From the NCBI RefSeq assembly GCF_036365525.1, contig NC_090403.1, forward strand, positions 42,657,095 to 42,721,094: a DNA stretch of 64,000 nt, read 5' to 3'. Shown one piece after another: positions 38,046-53,671 of this stretch. Position 1 is the stretch's first letter. Every line of letters begins with the position of its first letter. Below the pieces are notes generated by a model that worked only from the letters and a program-made list of their open reading frames with translations, made no database searches and was not told the DNA's origin. This stretch comes from Heterodontus francisci (Eukaryota). The translations under genes and the position numbers were made by a program.

Positions 38046-39514
38046 GATATGGGGTCATCTTACTGTAGACCTCCAGTCCTAATTCCAAAACACAGTACTT
38101 CCATTGTAAAATTAATTACTAAGCAGCAGAAATCATGTGCCATAAGTCAAGAAACAGTAAAATTTAGAAACCTGCTGAAACAAAGAAGGATTTGATGAGC
38201 TGATGATCCCTGCAGGACAGTACTGAGGGTCTGGGTATACAAGTTTGAATGCTTATGATGAAAGCAAATGTAATAGCTATACTGTTCATAGCAAGGTCCA
38301 AAAACTGCAATTAGATGAATGAGTTAAACTGTTTACAGTAGTATGGGTTTCAGGAATGTTGGTCATGATACTTGGAGATCTCCCTCTACTGGAGTGTTAG
38401 TCTAGACCATGAGCCCAAACTCCTGGAATGAGGCTTGAAAGTACAATCTCTGAGCCAGAGGTGAAAGTACTATCAAACAAGCCAGACTGACATACAATTC
38501 CCTTTGCAAGTAACCATCATTAGTTTCAAGCAGTAAAGGCAACTATTTAACACCTATAGAACTTCTCTTCTATCTGATATAGTACAAGTAGGTTAATGGA
38601 CAGAAGTCAAAAGAGCTTTCAAATCGAACAGTCTTTTAATGCTCCTTGTTGGTGACTTTAAAAATCATCCTATGCCCTGTGAAAAGTTAAATAACTAAAT
38701 AACAATTGCAACTTTTGTACTTTTATTAAATATTGTCCATCTCAAAGGATTTTGTTATTCCGTTCATTTATACTGAAAAAATCTTTCTGGAGCTTCCCAA
38801 TTAGAATGGTTGCATCTGCCGTGAAGTAGTAATCCAGATTTGGCCTGGGTTGCTGAGTAAATTTTAAGCAGAATTTTCCTGTGCACACAAGACTACCTGT
38901 AGTATCTGGAAGCTCTGAAATACAATGACTTCACCCATTACAGATCTGCACTTTTTGACTTTCTACAGAATCTTCTACATAGAGGAATCACTTACCTTGT
39001 TTCCCTCACTAAGTTTCCCAATTTATTTGCTTTTTTCTTCAAAAGACATTGATGCTGATTCTCATCCATGTTTTCAAGCAGGAATGGAGAGGTAGCATAA
39101 CTCATAGTGCAAGATTAACTGTGCCCATTGACTCCTAGGCCATGATCATTGTGGTGGATCCTCAAAATAAACAGCCCCTAGGAATCCACCAAAAACTGAC
39201 AGGTAGGTCATTAGCCAACACAAGTCCACATTCTATGATATCGATAGGACTCCAAGGTAATTTTCAGACAGCAATGCTTCTCATGAAATCTGATCAAGGC
39301 CTCTGTCACTGGCCAGCAATGGGTATGATCCACTTACCTGGGGTTCATTAGTAGAGATTAGCCCCATTAACTTCTTTGTTGGGGTACAACAGGTTTGCTG
39401 CCTTTTTACACGAGCTGGAATAGCGTCATACCACCACCAACAAGCAGATGGCAATGCCCTCCTGTTTATGAATGACTTTCTCAAGGTGGGTGACTACATA
39501 TAATACTGCTTTTT

Positions 39515-39745
39515 AAAAAATTAATTTCATGGGACTTGGGTGTCACTGGCAAGGCCAGCATTTGTTGCCCATTCCTAATTGCCCTTGAGGTGGCGGTGAG
39601 CTGCCTTCTTGAACCGCTGCAGTCTATCTGGTGCATATACACCCACAGTGCTGTTAGGCAGGGAGTTCCAGGATTTTGCTCCAGCAACAGTGAAGGAACA
39701 ACGATATGTTCCAAGATGGTGTGCACTTTGGAGGGGAACTTGCTG
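39515..39745 (-). mobile_element. 3' fragment of tRNA-headed CR1 family
   Basis: Matches 14660-14895. Confidence 0.8.
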
Positions 39746-40539
39746 TGAAACAGAACTGCCTGCTATAGAAATAATTGTGAAAAATACACTTTATAAACAA
39801 ATACATAAATCTGTGCTTAGTTGCTGCCCAGAGTACAATTTAATTATAACTGGGTTTGTGCCACAAAACCCATCTCAATATAGTGGACATCAGAAAGAAA
39901 TCACCTTCAGTGAATGAAGTTACAAACATGAAGCACGATTATCCACCAGCAGCACATGAGCCAGCCTATGAGCAATGCAAAAATTAGTTTTAAAAATGTC
40001 TGTTTCCTTAATAAAAAACGCAGCTATCAGACTTGAAGGAAATGAAAGTCCTTCAGGTTAAACAAGTGACTTCAGCTTCTGGCATTATAACTAAGGCAGA
40101 TGATTAGTTTGTCATCGCATGACAAACCATATTTAATTCTGAACACATATGAACAGTGGGATTTTCTTTCCACATATTGCAGATTTACAGGGAAAGTCCT
40201 TGGGGCAGTGAAAATGCCAGTTTCCAAGCAGAGCCGAGTGATAACAAGTCAGTTGCCATGATTCCTAAACACTTTTTCCTGTCCTTTCTGGAATCATTTG
40301 ATCAGCAAAACACTCTGCCCGCTAATCAATATCTACACAAACCTGGCACATTTCTAATGAATGGGGCAGTGTTATAGGACTCTGAGCCCACAAGCATCTG
40401 ATTCAAAGGTGAGTACTATCAACCAAGCTGAATAGTCTCATCCAGTACTGAATTTATTTTTGGAAATAGAAATGGATTAGATAGTTAAAAATAGTAACAG
40501 TTACAAATTCTGACTGGAGAGGAACAACTTAAACAGGGA

Positions 40540-41900
40540 ACTGTAAGCCAGTTAGCCCATCAGTAGTAGGTAAAATACTAGAATCTATTATTAGGGATGT
40601 GGTCACAGGGCGCTTAAGAAAATCATATTAAGCAGAGTCAACACTGATTTGTGCAAGGGAAGTAGTGTTGGCAAAGTTTTTTGAGAATATAACTAGTAAG
40701 AAGGATAAGGGGGAACCAGTGGGATAAAGTGTATTTGGATTTTCAAAACGCATCGATACGGTGCCAAACAGGTTACGACACAAAATTAAGACTCATAGAA
40801 TTGGGGGTAATATATTAGGAGTTAATGAACAGAAAACAGATAGGGACAAAAAGAACATTTTGGAGTTGGCAGGCTGTAATTAGCAGGGTACTGAAAGGTT
40901 CAGTACTTGAGCCTCAGCTATTTACAATCTATGTTAATGGCTTAGATGAGGGGCTGAGTGTAACATATCCAAGTTTGCTGACAATACAATGTTAGGTGGG
41001 AAAGTAAGTGGTGAGGAGGATGCAAAAGATGCAGACAGGTTGGGTGAGTGGGCAAGAACATGGCAGATGGAATACAATGTAGGACACGTGTGAAGTTATC
41101 CACTTTAGCAGGAAAAATAAAGAATATTTTTTGAATATTGAGAGACTAGGAAATGTTTGCATTCAGAGGGACCTGGGTGTCTTTGTATACAAATCACAGT
41201 AAGTTAACATGCAGGCACAGCAAGCACTTGGGAAGGCAAATGAGTTTTTGTTACAAAGGGATTGGAGTCTAAGGGTAAAGTCTTCCTATAATTATACAAG
41301 GCATTGGTGAGGCCAACACCTGGCGTAGTGTGCTGTTTTGATCTCCAACACAAGAAAGGACATTCTTACCCTAAACAGAATGCCATGAAGGTTCACTAGA
41401 CTGGTTCCTGGGATGAAGGGATTGTTCTATGAAGAGAGAGGGAGTAGACTAGGCCTATATTCCCTGCAATTTAGAAGAATTAGAGGTGATCTCATTGAAA
41501 CACGCAATTCTTAAGGGGTATCCTCCTCACTGCTTACTTTCCCACCTAACTTTGTATTCTCAACAAACTTGAATATTCTGAGAAAATGGTTTCCCCACTG
41601 GAGAATTTAGGATATGGGGTCACAGTCTTAGAATTAGGGGCCAGCCATTTAGGACTGAGATTGGGAGAAATTTCTTCAAAGGGTTGTGAATCTTTGGAAT
41701 TCTCTACCCCAGAGAGCTGTGGGTGCTCAGTCATAGAGTATATTCAAGACAGAGGTTGATAAAATTTTTGGCCATTTAGGGAATTAAGGCATATAGGGTT
41801 AATGCAAGAAGGTGGAGATAAGGCAGAAGATTGTACTGAATGGAGGAGAAGGTTGGAAGGACCAAATGGCTTACCTCCATCGCCTACTTATGTTCTTGAA
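40540..41900 (+). mobile_element. CR1 LINE ORF2 fragment (degraded)
   Basis: YLDFQ, KFAD, tail motifs; homologous to reverse complement of 18215-19130. Confidence 0.78.
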
Positions 41901-43499
41901 ATAACTGCACATATTGGATACTTTCTTAGTCTTTTATTGAATCTGTGTCCACACACTTGGGTACTTGGACAGAATTTCAAATACAGCAATAATTCATGCC
42001 ACAAAATTATACTACTGCATGATGTAACAATAAACCTCAAATTATACATTTACCTTACATATCAACCATATACATACATAAAATTATTTAAGTTATGCAG
42101 CTTTCACCATCATTCCAAAGTTCATAAATGAGAAGATATAACAATGGGTTTCAGTACACAGATATGTGGGACAAAGAAATTCAGTTTATTCATGTATATG
42201 TACAATGTAATGGCCACTTTGTCTGGTTTCAGTCTTGTGCTATAATAGTGCAATTGCCATTAGGGTGGTGATGATTCATGAAAATAAATCAATGAATTGA
42301 ATGAATTTTTGTACCTAGAGCAGCACACAATGAGGACATTGATAACATAACATTTATTCTATGTAATAGGCGAACTTGCACTGCAGCCCCTTCTATGAGT
42401 TAGCCATACTCCTCTCATGGCGTACATAATTTTGTTTTTAGTGTTTTTTTTCAAAAAGCATTTGCAGAATTTTTTTCATTAAGAAAAATCATTAAGGCTA
42501 ATGTCTGCATGAAAATATCACCAAAGACCTTTTCCAAATCAGTCTATTATTGACTGTATAGTTTAATTTAAATATTTAAGATTGTGTTGTAATTGTCATA
42601 TCTTTTATTGATGAGAGAAATGCTATAGTACTCGATACTACTATGATGTACAACTAAAAGAAGCTTCTAAAATAAATACCATGAAATTCTCAATGTGTCA
42701 ATTTCAGGGTTAAAAGTGAGGTGAGAAACTAGGATCTTGTATTAGGATGAAAATTAAAAACCTTAATATTGTATCCATCAGATGACACATCTGATCCACT
42801 TGTCCAAATGTCACGTTATAACATTGCACAACCCGGCCTACCACAGAAGCTAACGCTAGCTCCCCCACCCCCACCAATCAAAATAGAATATATGTGTTTG
42901 TAATTAACAAAGAGTAACCAATATTCCCTTCTGGGCTATGGAGAGTAGCAAGTTTTCGGGCAATGCTCAGTGTTAAAGTATAGCAAATAATACACTTTAC
43001 TGACTACCACTGTGGGCTGTAGAACGAAAATGTAACAGTGTGTTAGAGCAGACAGCTGCAAGTTAAGGATTTAATGCAGATTGTAGGATATTTCTTTACC
43101 CAAGGAGTATTGTAAGATTTCTAGCTAACTATGTCAATTCAGAGTACTTGGGAAGGCATTAGTGTCCATTGTGAGGTCAGAGCCCATGGGCGTGTCCTAA
43201 CATTAATCAGATGCCAGCAATTTCTCTCTTGACTGATAACTCCCTAAGATTCATGTTATCTTGTATGGCAGCATATCACACCCCAAAGCATTCTTCAACC
43301 ATCATTTATTTTTGCAGTGTAGTAACTGTTGTTGCTTTTGTTGTTGGTAAAAGCAGCACCAAATTTGTATGGAGTAATTTCAGGAATTCTTGCTCTAATT
43401 CTTCTGGTGCCTGGTGGGTTGGAGAGGAAGGGCCTGATGCTAGGTTCAGGCTGCATTTACATTCTATTTGTGTGTTGCTGCAAAGGGAAACTACTTTTA

Positions 43500-44110
43500 T
43501 TTATGGATGACAACAAATTGGTGGACATAGTTAACAAAGGAGGACTGCGACAAAATACAAGATGTTAAACTTGCACAATGGCTGTAAATAGGAAATTAAT
43601 TTAAATATAGATAAGCACGAGTTGGTGCATTTTGGTAGGACTGATAAGGAGACCATATATTCCTTGGAAAATAAGAATCTAAATGGGCTGAAGGCACAAA
43701 GGGATCTCAGTACAGATACACAAATTAGCAAAAGTAGCAATGAAAGTTAAAGTCTTAAAAAGTGCAAACAAAGCACTGGGGTTCATTTAAATAAATAGAA
43801 TTCAAAAGCAGAGAAGCTATGTTTAAATTTATATAGAACATTGGTTAGATCACATTTAACAGTTCTGGTTTCCATACTGCAAAAGGATATTGAAGCTCTA
43901 GAGAAAGTGCTGAAAAGATTCACAAAGATATACCAGAACTGTGAGGGTACAACTATCAGGAAAAACTGAACATGCTGGGTTCTTTACTCTAGAAAAGAGA
44001 AGACTGACAGACAATATGATAGAGGTCTTAAATTATGATGAGCTCGACAGAATAGAAGTGGAGAGGTTGCTTCCACTTGTGGGGTGGGGAGAGGGTGGGT
44101 CCAAAACATT
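43500..44110 (+). mobile_element. CR1 LINE fragment (degraded)
   Basis: GTGCATTTTGGTAGG..AAGGATATTGAAGCTCTAGAGAAAGTGC..AGATTCACAAAGA. Confidence 0.65.
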
Positions 44111-45286
44111 TATAAACTAATGAATTTTGAGAATTGAACTTTGTCTCAAAAAAATAACAGAATAAGTTATAAATTGTCCACTCTTATTGACTCAGTTTCA
44201 TTTGCTTTGAAAATAAATTATCTAGTAATTTGAATTAAGCAATGCAAAATTGCATGAGGCAGTTTGTGCTGGGGGGAAAAAAGCCTCAAGCAGGACTTTG
44301 CCATTATAAACATTTCTTTAAAAAAAATACAAGAACTGTCAGCCAGATCCCATTTTTGACTTGGCTATACATTGAGTTGGTCAGCTTTATCTTTGGAAAA
44401 AACAAAAGAAATTCTTATCAAACTAACAGCAGTTGTTGTTTCAATGCTAAACAACATGTTTTGTCATTTGTAAAGATCTCAAATTTGGTTCAACTGTGAA
44501 AATCAGTATCAGCAGGGTTTTTTTCGCTTACATCTTTAGCAAAATGGAGACCAAATTAATACATACCATCCAAGTTACCAAATATGCGATTAAAAAAATC
44601 CTTCTTTGTTTTTAATTCATGGGACAAGAAAATAACTTGGAACTATGCACAGAAATTGACATCTGAAAATTTCTTTCAAAAACAGAAATTTTCACATTGA
44701 TATTACAAAAAACTTTTGCATTCCTATGTTCTACTGTAGTGTGTACTCAATGTTCCAGAGGCATTTAACTTTTCTGGTCCATGTCCTGCTAAATAAATAT
44801 AATAACCAAGGACATTGCACAATTGTTCATAAACAACTGAACATTCCTCCAAGCTTTTAGTCTGGGTTCTGTAAGGTATAGAATGCCTCATCTTAGAATA
44901 TAGCATGAACAGTGTGTGTCCAAAGTCAACTGACACTATTTTCAATGATCTCACAATGAAGTGATTAATTAATTACACTTAATGGTTAAGACATGTATGG
45001 TTTGCATATTAATTTGCTATTGTGCAAAAATGTTCTAGGAAAGTAATTTAATTATCAAACTTCTTCTTCCAACATGTATAGCGCATATCCTACAGACCAG
45101 ACAGCAGTACTGACCATATGCTGTACAACATTAAACAGAATGACTTCTCAACACAGTACACAGCTAGGAAATGGGTGAGGAAAAGCAGACAAAAAATTGA
45201 ATTCCTGATTTTATATCAGAACATCCCAGTCACACTGAACATTAACTGAATATATTATATCTATGTATAAATTTTAAATAAGTCTA

Positions 45287-45306
45287 TACACACACACACA
45301 CACACG
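45287..45306. repeat. (CA)n microsatellite
   Basis: About 9 CA units flanked by TA runs. Confidence 0.8.
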
Positions 45307-46645
45307 TATATATATTTGTAACCAAGAAACCTTAGATAACTGCCTGATTGTATCCATTAAGTTATAATTGTTTCTTGATCCTTAAGAAATATCATTAGTG
45401 TCTGAAAGAAAATGACACTCCCCTAATTAAACAATTGCAGTAGTCTATTCCGGTCATACCCAATGCCCAAAATGTACAAAAATAATGCATGACAGAGACA
45501 CAGACCGATCACAAGCACAGTTGAGATAGCGCTACACAGCTTGTATGATGCTCCAATGCACCATGCCTTGGAGTAGTAGAATGTGGATCTGTGCAGCAAT
45601 TCTCCACATGGTTAAAAGTTATCTAAGCTGAAACATCAGGCTCGAAACTTGAAGCCATGTTCCAGCTACCCTGAGCTACTCTCAGATCCCTCCAAGAAAC
45701 CTGGTACAGGTCTAAAGGTATGTTATCTGTCCACCTTCATTGGTCAAGAACTGGTGTGTAGACAGAGAAACGGCAAAAATTAAAATTTTAAATGAAATTC
45801 AAAGGTTAAGGAGGAAAACAAAACTTGCTGGCAGAAAAATGCTCTAGAACCATAAGATTCTCTAAAGTAAGGGTCTCATCAAAAACTAATGTGAGTTTGT
45901 ACTGAGAAATGTGGAGTTAAGTTGCAGATCAGCCATCATCTCATTGAATGGCAGAATAAGCTCGAGGGGTTAATTGGCCTACCCCTGTTCCTATGAAAAA
46001 AGTGCTTATGCTTTTTAGCCAGTCTCCAACACTGATGACCTGTCCTACTATAGCGGAAATTCCTCTAGCTAGGTGACCATTAGAAATTATGACAAGGATA
46101 ATGCGAGAGATTCAGTAGCCAGTTCTCATCTAGCTGCAAGTATTCACAGAAAAACCCAACTCCCTCCATAAATGTGACCTACAGTGTTTCTTTTATAGAA
46201 AGCTGATTTAAACCATCTAGCTATAATACATTTAAAGTTTTGCAATCTAGTGTGTACGCCTTGCAAATGTCACACTTACTTCCTGTAACACTATTCACAT
46301 CACACTTTGTTGATAACACTATTGTTATAAAACAGCACATCCTATGTTTCAATGTGAACAGTACCACAGGCAACCTGTTATATTTTATAAATATTTAAAT
46401 TCCAGTCTTTTTTAAAAAAAAACTTTGTAGTCACTTATAAATTTGATTTAAAATACAACTGTAACAGACCTCTGGGGAAAAAATGATCCAGTCGTCAATT
46501 TAACATACCTCAAACTTTCAGTTAAGGCTGTAATATTCAAAAAAAGAGCAGCATAGGTTTAATATGCAAAGGATTTGAACATTTAAACCAATCTTTCATT
46601 GGACAAAATAGAACATCTTGAATAAAATATATACATCAGGAAACA

Positions 46646-47524
<879 letters not shown>

Positions 47525-48159
47525 TCAGTTTAAAAAAAATTAACAGAAACTAGATAATACTTGCACATATATAATGCCTCATGTCACATAAACTCAGTGC
47601 CTCAAAATTATGCTGAAGTGCAGTGACATTCACAATAGTCCTTTGCTCCAACAGATATTCTGTAATCATACATAACTTATGGGTCCCTAAGGTACCATTA
47701 GAGAGTTTCACTAGTTGTTTTGTAAAGGTGAAAATATTTACTGAATTTTTAAATGATTTTCATAAGAATTACATTTTACTTCCGAAGTCAGATTATTTAA
47801 ACAAGTGGTTGTTTTTATCCATACAAACATTGAGGGGAAAGGGGTGGGAAGGAAAGAGTAAAAAAGGCACATTAATGTTGAGATAAATAACAGGTCCTTT
47901 GGCATTAAAGTCCAAACAAAAAATAGATGACTCAATCATCATAGCTGAATGGCGCTGATTTTTCCCCACAAGACAAAAGGCCAAAAATCACAAAGCTGTC
48001 CTGATGACGCTGATGACTTTTTTTTGGCATATTCATGTAATGTTCTATTTAAAGCCTGAAGGCTCTGTGGATAATGACCATGAAAAGATAGTTTATTTGG
48101 AGTATGACAAGAGCCCCTCATAACCAGAAATAAAATGCATCACAAAAATTAGACCTCAC

Positions 48160-48270
48160 CATGATGGCTTCCACTTGTCAATTTTGCATTTGCTGCTTTA
48201 TACTCATTCACTCCATGCACAGTGCATGTACACCTTCCATTCTGAGTCTGTGGAGGGCTTCCAACTTCAT
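48160..48270 (-). CDS. RUNDC1: RUNDC1 exon 4 (111 nt)
   Basis: ttacacag|AT GAA...CATG|gtgagg; phase 1-1; DEVGSPPQTQNGRCTCTVHG... Confidence 0.88.
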
Positions 48271-49061
48271 CTGTGTAATGAAAACATAAGTAAAGAACAC
48301 ATTACTTAGTTGAAATTCTTAGGTAGCCACTTCAGTAAAGTTTTCTGGGCTTTTAAAAAATTCACGGTGTTGGAACATGTATTTTATTGTCAAGACAGGG
48401 GAGAAAGCTCAGATTTTAACTCCAGGGTAGTAGCAAAGAAAATTAATATATGAACAGGATTCCTATTGATTTAAGATGAGAATCAAAGTTACACTTCACC
48501 TATCACTTCTGACCTTTGAGACTCAGCAATAAATGGCTTCTGGCAGTTTGTGTTGACATAACCTGATAACCTAGAATGGGCAAAATCAGATTCCCCTTCC
48601 AACCTCACCAAGTTAAAAGAGACAAAGAGCAATATAAAATGTATCATGCTGAACAGAGTCCTTTTCTGGTTATAGTTCAGATGACCCAGAAACACCCTCT
48701 CTACATTTTGGGGGATTGACATTTCACATTTGAAAATTCTTTTGCTAGTTGCATTTTTGATTGTTAAATTTCACATACTTGGTTTTGAATGGCAAACACA
48801 TTTCCTGGCACACAACTCATCATTTATCAAACTGCACAAGGGGCATTGCAGATTTTCGTGGTGGTGGTGGTGTTGGGTGAGTGTGATAAGGGGATGGTGT
48901 TCCCCAGCAGCAAAACCATCTGTCAGACACTAACTCTTCGTATATGCAATATAAAAATTCTACAGATTTTAGTTACAAAACTTTTTTAAATAGGCTAAAT
49001 GATCTTAAATCAATGAGTGAAATAAAAGCCAGTGGCTGTTAACAGCAGCACAATAGTTCTA

Positions 49062-49343
<282 letters not shown>

Positions 49344-49429
49344 CTACTTTTCCACCATATTTTTGGGTCCCATGTCTAACTTCTACTCAAGAGGGCAGGC
49401 GTATGTTCTGCTTCCAGGGTTCTGTCAAC

Positions 49430-49740
49430 AAAGGATCCAGAACTATAGGACACGATTTAAGGTAACTGGTAAAAGCAGCAGCAGTGACATGAGGAAAAAC
49501 TTTTTTTTTTGTACACAATGAGTGAGTGAGTGAGTGGTTAGGATCTGGAATGCACTGCCTATGTGGAGGCAGATTCAATTGAGGCCTTCAAAAGAGAACT
49601 GAATAATTATCTGAAGCAAAAACATTTGCAGGGCTATGGGGAAAAGGCACGGGATTGGGACTAGGCGAGTTGCTCTTGTAGAAAGCCAGCATGGACACGA
49701 TGGGCTGAATGACCTCTTTCTGTGCTGTAACCATTCTATG
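49430..49740 (+). mobile_element. CR1 3' end fragment
   Basis: GATTTAAGGTAACTGG..TGGAATGCACTGCCT..GGGCTGAATGACCTC; similar to reverse complement of 58570-58935. Confidence 0.65.
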
Positions 49741-49885
49741 AATGTAATTGATCACTACAAGGTTTAGACAATATCCCTGATTATCCCTCCTCCGGTGTCT
49801 CTGCTCTCTTTCCACCCCAATATATATTTGGTATGTGGAAAAATTGCAAACTGGTAACTTGCCATTATAGAGCCCAACACCATAT

Positions 49886-50330
49886 GCCAACCTTGGCTCA
49901 GTGGTATCATTCACCTGAATCAGAAAGTTGTGGGTTTAAGCCCCACTCCAGAGACAAGCACGTAATCCCGATCGGCACTTCTGTGCAGTACTGAGAGAAT
50001 ACTGCACTGCCAGAGGTGTCATCTTTCAGATGAGATGTTAAACCTAGGCCTCGTCTGCCTTTCAAGTGGATGCAAAAGATCCCACAGCACTACTTGAAGA
50101 ACAGGGGAGTTCTTCCCATGTCTTGGCCAAAATTTATCCCTCAATCAATATCAGTAAAACAAATAATCGGCTATTTATTTCATTTCTGTTTGTGGAAGTT
50201 TGCTGTGTACAAACTGACTCCTGTGCTTATTACATTACAACAGTGACTACACTTAAAAAGTACTTTATTGGCTGTGAAGTTCTGTGGAATATCCTGAAGT
50301 GAAAGGCACTACAGAAACACATGTCTTTTT
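49886..50330 (+). mobile_element. Deu-domain SINE (SacSINE1-like), near full length
   Basis: TGGCTCAGTGG A box, GGTTTAAGCCC B box, GTGGATGCAAAAGATCCCACAGCACT core, L2-like tail. Confidence 0.78.
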
Positions 50331-50817
50331 TTTTAAAAAGCTGATGTTACTTAAGAACATAGGAACAGAGGTAGGCTATTCAGCTCTCCAAGCATGGTCT
50401 ACTATTCAATTAGATCATTGTTGATCTGTATCTTAACACCATCTACCTGCCTTGGTGCCATAATCTTTAACATCCTTGCCTAACAAGAGTCTATCAATCT
50501 CAGTTTTGAAATTTTCAATTGACCTAGCCTTAACAGCTTTTTGGGGAGATAGTTCCAGATTTCTATGATCCTGGTGGTTTAAATAGTTGTTGAGATGCAT
50601 CAGCAGGTGAAACTTGTGTTTCATCTGCTCTGCTGAAGCACCTCAATAACTAATTAAACTACCCTTTATATTATTAGTTGGTTACCTTGAAGCTTATATG
50701 AAGGTGCAAGTATAAACACTTTGAGGCTGCTGGAATCTTAGTACATTATTATTGGTTGATTGTGCCTCTAGATTAAATTGACTGTGGATGAAATGAGAAA
50801 CTGTCTGCAGTACACTA

Positions 50818-51036
<219 letters not shown>

Positions 51037-53671
51037 TCAAACTGATATTCTCAGTGTGTTTTCAAATACTCAAATAAAAAACAACAATTGTGGACTCTAT
51101 CTCACGAGCAAAACCGCCCAAGCGTTGGGAAAACTGCAGACTTATATAATACATATTCACAGATTGCATAGAAACTATTTGAAAATACACCTTTTCATTT
51201 AATCCAAATCTCTTAGAAAAAAATGCAAAGTCTGAATACAGACACTGAATTAGATTAAGTGAACCAAGTTGGAAGATGTTGAGCGGAAGTTAACAAAATA
51301 CAAGTGCAGCGACGTCATATAGTGAAAACTTAAATGCAAACTATTGGAGCAGGATAAGGCAATAATCTAAAGCAGTAGTAAAGTTATCAATTGAAGGTCA
51401 TGACTTGGGACAACAGATCTGTTGCCCTTAAGCCTTTCAATGCTGAATATTCCAATAGCTTTAAAATATCAGGTTAATTTTTATCTTAACATTTACAAAA
51501 ATACCCTAGTTTTGCATTTTTCAAACATGGAATATAGTAAGTTAGAAATAATGGAACTGGTAGCCGAACCCCTGTTCAAATTAGCCCTTTCCCTGCTCCT
51601 CGCCAATTTCATGCTGAGTCCAATCAGCCCTATTACAAGTTTATGCTGGCATGGTCATTTCTTTCCTTCATCCAACTTCACGCTGGCACACAAGAGCCCT
51701 TCCTCTTTCAATTTCACACTGACACCCTCCCACCTACAATGCGGCCCTTTGTTCCTCCCCTTAACTGTGAAATTACCAAATCCATCTTCTAATTACTGTC
51801 ACCCTCTTTCGCTCCTGCTCCTACAGACACTGCCCAGTGGACAGCTCTGGACCTCGTCGATGGCTTCAATCACTGGCACATTTTCCTCTACGAGCTCACA
51901 GCACCAGATCCGCTCACATCCCTGTACTAGCCAGCTGAGACCAATCATGAACTGATGCAGCCTCGGCCCCAAGTCCAGACACTGACCCCACAACCCCCAA
52001 CATAACACTCATATTCTGAGATAGAACAGTCAATCTGCACTGTTCCTGCACCCAGATATCAACCTGACAGATTGAATTCAGACAAATAAAAACCTGTTTC
52101 TGAAAACAAGCCTGCAGATTGTAAAAGGGAAGGAGTTCTGAGGTCTAAGGGGAACAAAAGTGAATAAAGCTAAATTAACTTAAATAAGAGCACATTTAAA
52201 AAAAAATCAGACTTATGCTCAAGAGTCCTAGCACATGCTCATGCAGGGCAAGCAAATTCAGGCTTATAGTTTTGTGTATAAAGCACATAAGGACCACATG
52301 GACATGCGAAATATATTTTTGGCAGTTCCTGAAGCATGCATACTAGTCTACTACACTTGAATCAAAGTCACTTAACTCACATTCTCAGTTAATTCAGTCT
52401 CTTTAACACTAAATTTCCACTTTGCTGTATTATTAATTGCCTGGATTTTGCAGTCAGCAGCAAAGCAATGGCACACACTGCTGACCTCAAAGAAAGCTTT
52501 GCTGAGAGAGCTAGGAATCTTTGTGGCAAGATCTTTAACTCTCTCACCAGGCAGTGGATTAGCGTTCTTTAAAGGGGATTTCCAGCGTGGCGCTGCAGTG
52601 ATGTCATCTGGCTGTCCAAGTAGCCAATCAAATTAAAGAATTCTCACAGACCAGGAAATGAAAAGCACTAAAATCAGAATAACTAAACATTTTACATTGT
52701 GAAAAATAAAGTTTAGGACAGACACATGAAGCTAAGGTAGATGCTGAAATTAATAAAATTAAAGTTTTTTAAAAACTTTTTAAAAAAAAATCTAGTCATT
52801 AACCTTAAATGGTAACATTTAAAAACATTCCACAAATGTAAAATTATATTTTCAAGGCCAGATCTATTACTCAGATGGTGGTTGAAAACCCAGTTACAGC
52901 TGATTAAACAGATGTAACTTTTTAAATGCAGTTTCCAGTTGCGATGTGAGAGCAGAAAAGGGGAAGTTCTTGCCACATCAACTGATTTCAATGATCACTG
53001 GCTCTATTGGTCGGGGTCCACAGCTGCACGGTTGATGTGGTGAGAACTTCCCCTTTTCCATGCTCAAGAACATTGACAGCTCATTGTCAAAAGCTCCTGT
53101 ATAATTTGGGCCAATGTTACATAATTCAAATTACTAAGATATTCAATTTATAGTGCAAAAATGACTGAATTATTTGTAGTCTACATTCACAACATTTTCA
53201 TTCATAATGCAAAAAAATTAAACTTACCAAACCTTCCTGTGTTAGGTAGGATCAATAAAAAAAAAAATTAGACTCATTTGTTACATTACAATTACTTAAT
53301 TTGTTCCAATTTCAGGTGTTTTTCATCAGTAATATCAGCCCTAACCTGCTTCTTTGAATTTTACATTTATTTATTGAACTATGAGTCATGGATAACATTT
53401 TCAATCCTGTGTCTGAACATAAATAGAAATGGAAAACTTTGTCATTTGCATAATTGGCCAGTGCCGATAATTTTATCTGCTGTGGTTACTCTTTAGGATT
53501 GCTGCTGATTAAGTTTAGAAGTGTATTGTATCTCAGTTCTGTAGTATTTGCTTTTCTTTGATCCAAAGAACTTTGTAATATATGGCTACTTGAATTGTCA
53601 TATATAAAAAGCTATTTACCATTAAAATTATAATTCAAAGCATCATTTTATGAAAGGGCCAATATTAAACA

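Noticed and set aside
42180-46645. Exact RUNDC1 3'UTR end
   Set aside because: Several minus-strand AATAAA candidates (e.g. ~42185, ~42353, ~42605); cannot choose without transcript data
52440-53110. MITE or DNA transposon
   Set aside because: Only vague terminal similarity; no clear TIR pair or TSD
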